NCBI GenBank assembly: GCA_041603335.1
Contig: JBFIEP010000001.1
Coordinates: 1 to 25,005, forward strand
DNA length: 25,005 bases
DNA from: Elusimicrobiota bacterium
Lineage (GTDB): Bacteria > Elusimicrobiota > Elusimicrobia > UBA1565
Direction of reading: 5' to 3'
This document shows positions 24,980 through 25,005 of the stretch, piece after piece; within the stretch, counting starts at the first letter, position 1, and every line of letters starts with the position of its first letter. Below the pieces are notes generated by a model. It saw nothing but the letters and a program-made list of their open reading frames with translations. It searched no databases and had not been told where the DNA came from. Made by a program: the position numbers and the translations under genes.

Positions 24980-25005
24980 ACCGCTTGACAGTTCCCAGAT
25001 CAGGC

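Overview
Bacterial genomic DNA with no mobile element, CRISPR array or RNA gene that I can support. The gene families (FlgD-type C-terminal-domain protein next to a PorV-like barrel; giant proteins with long Ala/Pro-rich leaders carrying an 'FDG'-like motif) suggest an Elusimicrobiota-like organism, which is inference only. Left part (minus strand): an apparent operon of clpC, a membrane-anchored class A beta-lactamase-like serine hydrolase, an exported hypothetical protein and a truncated, degenerate GHKL-like ORF. Centre (5005-19167, plus strand): four consecutive large proteins (1447, 903, 1052 and 1225 aa) that share a conserved ~160-210 aa leader (signal-peptide-like start, LPTL, LxxLF/Y, LN[GA]AD[EL]). 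After the leader they carry interchangeable modules. P1 = 2x(degenerate HAD + degenerate PD-(D/E)XK). P2 = ASCH-like + degenerate HAD + intact RecB-type nuclease. P3 = expanded MFS permease. P4 = HEAT + intact HAD-IIB phosphatase + expanded MFS. A 16-bp imperfect palindrome lies upstream of P1, P3, P4 and of an M28 peptidase with a related leader. This family, possibly a co-regulated exported nucleic-acid/metabolite scavenging or effector toolkit, is the main candidate novel system. Right part: single-domain response regulator, beta-propeller protein with a T9SS-like CTD plus PorV-like barrel, HAD-IA phosphatase, sensorless histidine kinase and M28 peptidase. All domain calls come from reading motifs by eye, not from database searches.
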